In this document: in pieces, positions 62,227 through 64,000 of the stretch
How positions within the stretch are numbered: position 1 is the first letter of the stretch
Layout: each line of letters opens with the position of its first letter
Source of the DNA: an uncultured Nitrospinota bacterium
Lineage (GTDB): Bacteria; Tectomicrobia; Entotheonellia; J063; CAVPRW01
Length of the DNA: 64,000 nt
Direction: 5' to 3'
Assembly (NCBI GenBank): GCA_963707985.1
Contig: CAVPRW010000010.1
Location: 288,001 to 352,000 of the forward strand
The notes under the pieces: generated by a model
What the model saw: only the letters and a program-made list of their open reading frames with translations
What the model was told of the DNA's origin: nothing
Database searches by the model: none
Made by a program: the position numbers and the translations under genes

Positions 62227-62535
62227 ATGGCAAGACCGTTACGCATCCAGTTTCCAGCGGCGGTGTACCACCTCACAGCGCGGGACAATGCACACCAGGA
62301 TGTTTTTCTGGACGATACCGACCGCCATGCCTACCTGTTAGCGCTCTGGCGGTATAGCGTGTTACACTCGGTACGAGCGCATGTCGTGGACGCGGTGGAC
62401 GCATGGCCCTGGAGCAGTTAGCGTGCCACCGCTGCACACTCTCGCCCGCCAGCGTGGCTGGAGACGGACGGGCTGTTGACCCACTTTGGTGCCACATGCA
62501 AGGCAGCGCAAGCCGTAGGTCGCGCGCCGCGCTAG
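62227..62535 (+). pseudogene. Internally deleted RAYT (Y1_Tnp) transposase
   Basis: MARPLRIQFP.AVYHLTAR.N..QDVF.DD.DR joined directly to RY.VL..VRA......WPWSS and PAWLETD.LL..FG; HUH segment missing. Confidence 0.8.
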
Positions 62536-62579
62536 AGTTGTAAAGTGGAGGAATTTCTGCTCGAGCTACGAGAGGATGA

Positions 62580-62978
62580 GTGACCACCACTGTCAATTAC
62601 CTGGTAGACAGTGGAGTTTTCATTCTCTACTTCCGTGGTGACCGCAGAGCCGTAGACTTCCTGCGGCAAACCAACACGGTGATCTACTACTCCCGAGTCA
62701 CCCGCCAAGAGCTGCTTCACCCTCCCATTCGCGCACGCGAGCGACAGGAGGTGCTAGCCTTCTTGCGCAGGCACCGCTCGGTCAATCCTGATTCTCAGAT
62801 CACCGAGGGATTCTCATCTTTACTGGAGAAGTAGCCATATCTGAGAGATCACTTGGCCGATGCTCTCATCGCGGCAACGGCTTGGACGACGGGATTGGAG
62901 GTTGTCACGACGAACCCTCGACACTTTGGGCCGATGGCGGAGATCCGCGTCAGGAGGTTTCCGGAAGAGCCGGGCTGA
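62580..62978 (+). pseudogene. PIN-domain toxin with in-frame TAG (62832-62834)
   Basis: YLVDSGVFI...EK*PYLRDHLADALIAATA....VVTTNPRHF in one frame; no antitoxin seen upstream. Confidence 0.85.
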
Positions 62979-63223
62979 TGAAACCGGCTCCATGCCTCAC
63001 AGGCAGTGCGCAGAAAGGCGGCGTCCTGAAGGCCCGTCCTGGGTTGCTGCGCCGGCGCCTCGCCGAACTGCGGTCGTAGGCTTGGAGGCGGTCGTGTGCC
63101 GCTCGATCTCCACTATTGTTTCAGCCGCTTGCTCGCGCTATGATACGCCATCCCATACGGAGCCGCAGGACTCCAAGGGTAAACGAACTGATCCCAGCGC
63201 CACCTCGTTGGAGGGTAACGAGC

Positions 63224-64000
63224 ATGCTCGACCGTTTCAAAGTGCCACCAGCAGACCAGGTCCGCGTCTCAGAAGCGGCGTTACGTCGGACAGTTGCCGC
63301 CATTTTTGAGCAGATGCACCTCACACCTGAAGACGCGGCGCTTGGCGCGGACGTCCTGGTCACGACAGATCTGCGGGGGGTGGAGAGCCACGGCGTATCC
63401 AACATGTTGCGGTCCTATGTGCAGAGCTATCAGAGGGACGCCATCAATCCCCGGCCGCAGTGGCGTATCGTGCGGGAGTCGCCCAGCACCGCGACGATCG
63501 ATGGCGATGGTGGCCTCGGCATCATCCTCGGTCCGAAGGCCATGCAGATCGCGATCGATAAAGCCAGGACAGCTGGCGTGGGCATCGTCACCATGTTCAA
63601 CGGGCGTCACCTGGGAGCCGCAGGCTACCACGCCATGCTCGCGGCGCAGGCAGATATGGTGGGGATGTGTATGACCGCCACGCAGCCCAGCGTGGTCCCG
63701 ACCTTCGGCGCCGAAGCGCGCTTTGGCACCAATCCGATCGCCATCGCCGCGCCAGCGAACACGCAGCCACCGTTCTTGTTTGACGCCGCGACCAGTTCGA
63801 TTGCCGCCAACAAGGTGCAGCTGGCCGCCCGCGTGGGCTCGAATCTGTTACCGGGCTGGGTGACGGACAAAGAGGGCCATCCGATTATGACCGAGACCCC
63901 ACCAGGCGCGGTACGCGGCGACTATCTGTTGTTGCCGTTGGGGGCCACCCGAGAACTGGGATCGCATAAGGGCTATGGCCTGGCGCTCATGGTCGAAACC
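63224..64000 (+). CDS. Ldh_2 family (malate/lactate/ureidoglycolate) oxidoreductase, runs off the window
   Basis: DLRGVESHG, IDGDGGLG, RHLGAAGY, PTFG....FGTNPIA, SHKGYGLA; GGAGG RBS. Confidence 0.93.
   Translation, partial: MLDRFKVPPADQVRVSEAALRRTVAAIFEQMHLTPEDAALGADVLVTTDLRGVESHGVSNMLRSYVQSYQRDAINPRPQWRIVRESPSTATIDGDGGLGIILGPKAMQIAIDKARTAGVGIVTMFNGRHLGAAGYHAMLAAQADMVGMCMTATQPSVVPTFGAEARFGTNPIAIAAPANTQPPFLFDAATSSIAANKVQLAARVGSNLLPGWVTDKEGHPIMTETPPGAVRGDYLLLPLGATRELGSHKGYGLALMVET

Noticed and set aside
56300..64000. DGR template repeat
   Set aside because: I looked by eye for an AAC-rich copy of the VR on both strands and found none, so no TR is annotated.

Overview
A bacterial chromosomal window of about 60% GC. 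The gene content suggests an uncultured lineage such as Ca. Tectomicrobia, but that is inference only. Housekeeping blocks alternate with decaying accessory DNA. Housekeeping and metabolic genes include nudC, amidase-GerMN-rph-rdgB-tRNA(Pro,Arg,His), an aldehyde:ferredoxin oxidoreductase cluster, aroA/aroK, panC-purC-sua5, nikR, tldD-pmbA, SMP-30 lactonases and ABC substrate-binding proteins. Three accessory zones stand out. (1) 2.5-5.5 kb holds an orphan integron-type cassette: higBA followed by a 59-bp attC, with matching core sites, next to an ISL3 relic. (2) 13.6-20.4 kb is a tRNA-His-anchored island with an integrase remnant, nested IS relics and a MITE with perfect 18-bp inverted ends. 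(3) 56.3-63 kb is a toxin-antitoxin-rich region containing a broken diversity-generating retroelement (DGR). The DGR keeps a DUF1566/C-type-lectin-like variable repeat, a GC hairpin, a MutS-I-like accessory gene, a truncated avd and the reverse transcriptase (RT) C-terminus. Its template repeat and RT catalytic core are replaced by a fitAB module bracketed by REP-like inverted repeats, beside a RAYT transposase 3' remnant. Several single-base frameshifts in otherwise intact genes are probably assembly errors. All calls come from reading the sequence and recognising motifs; no searches were run.
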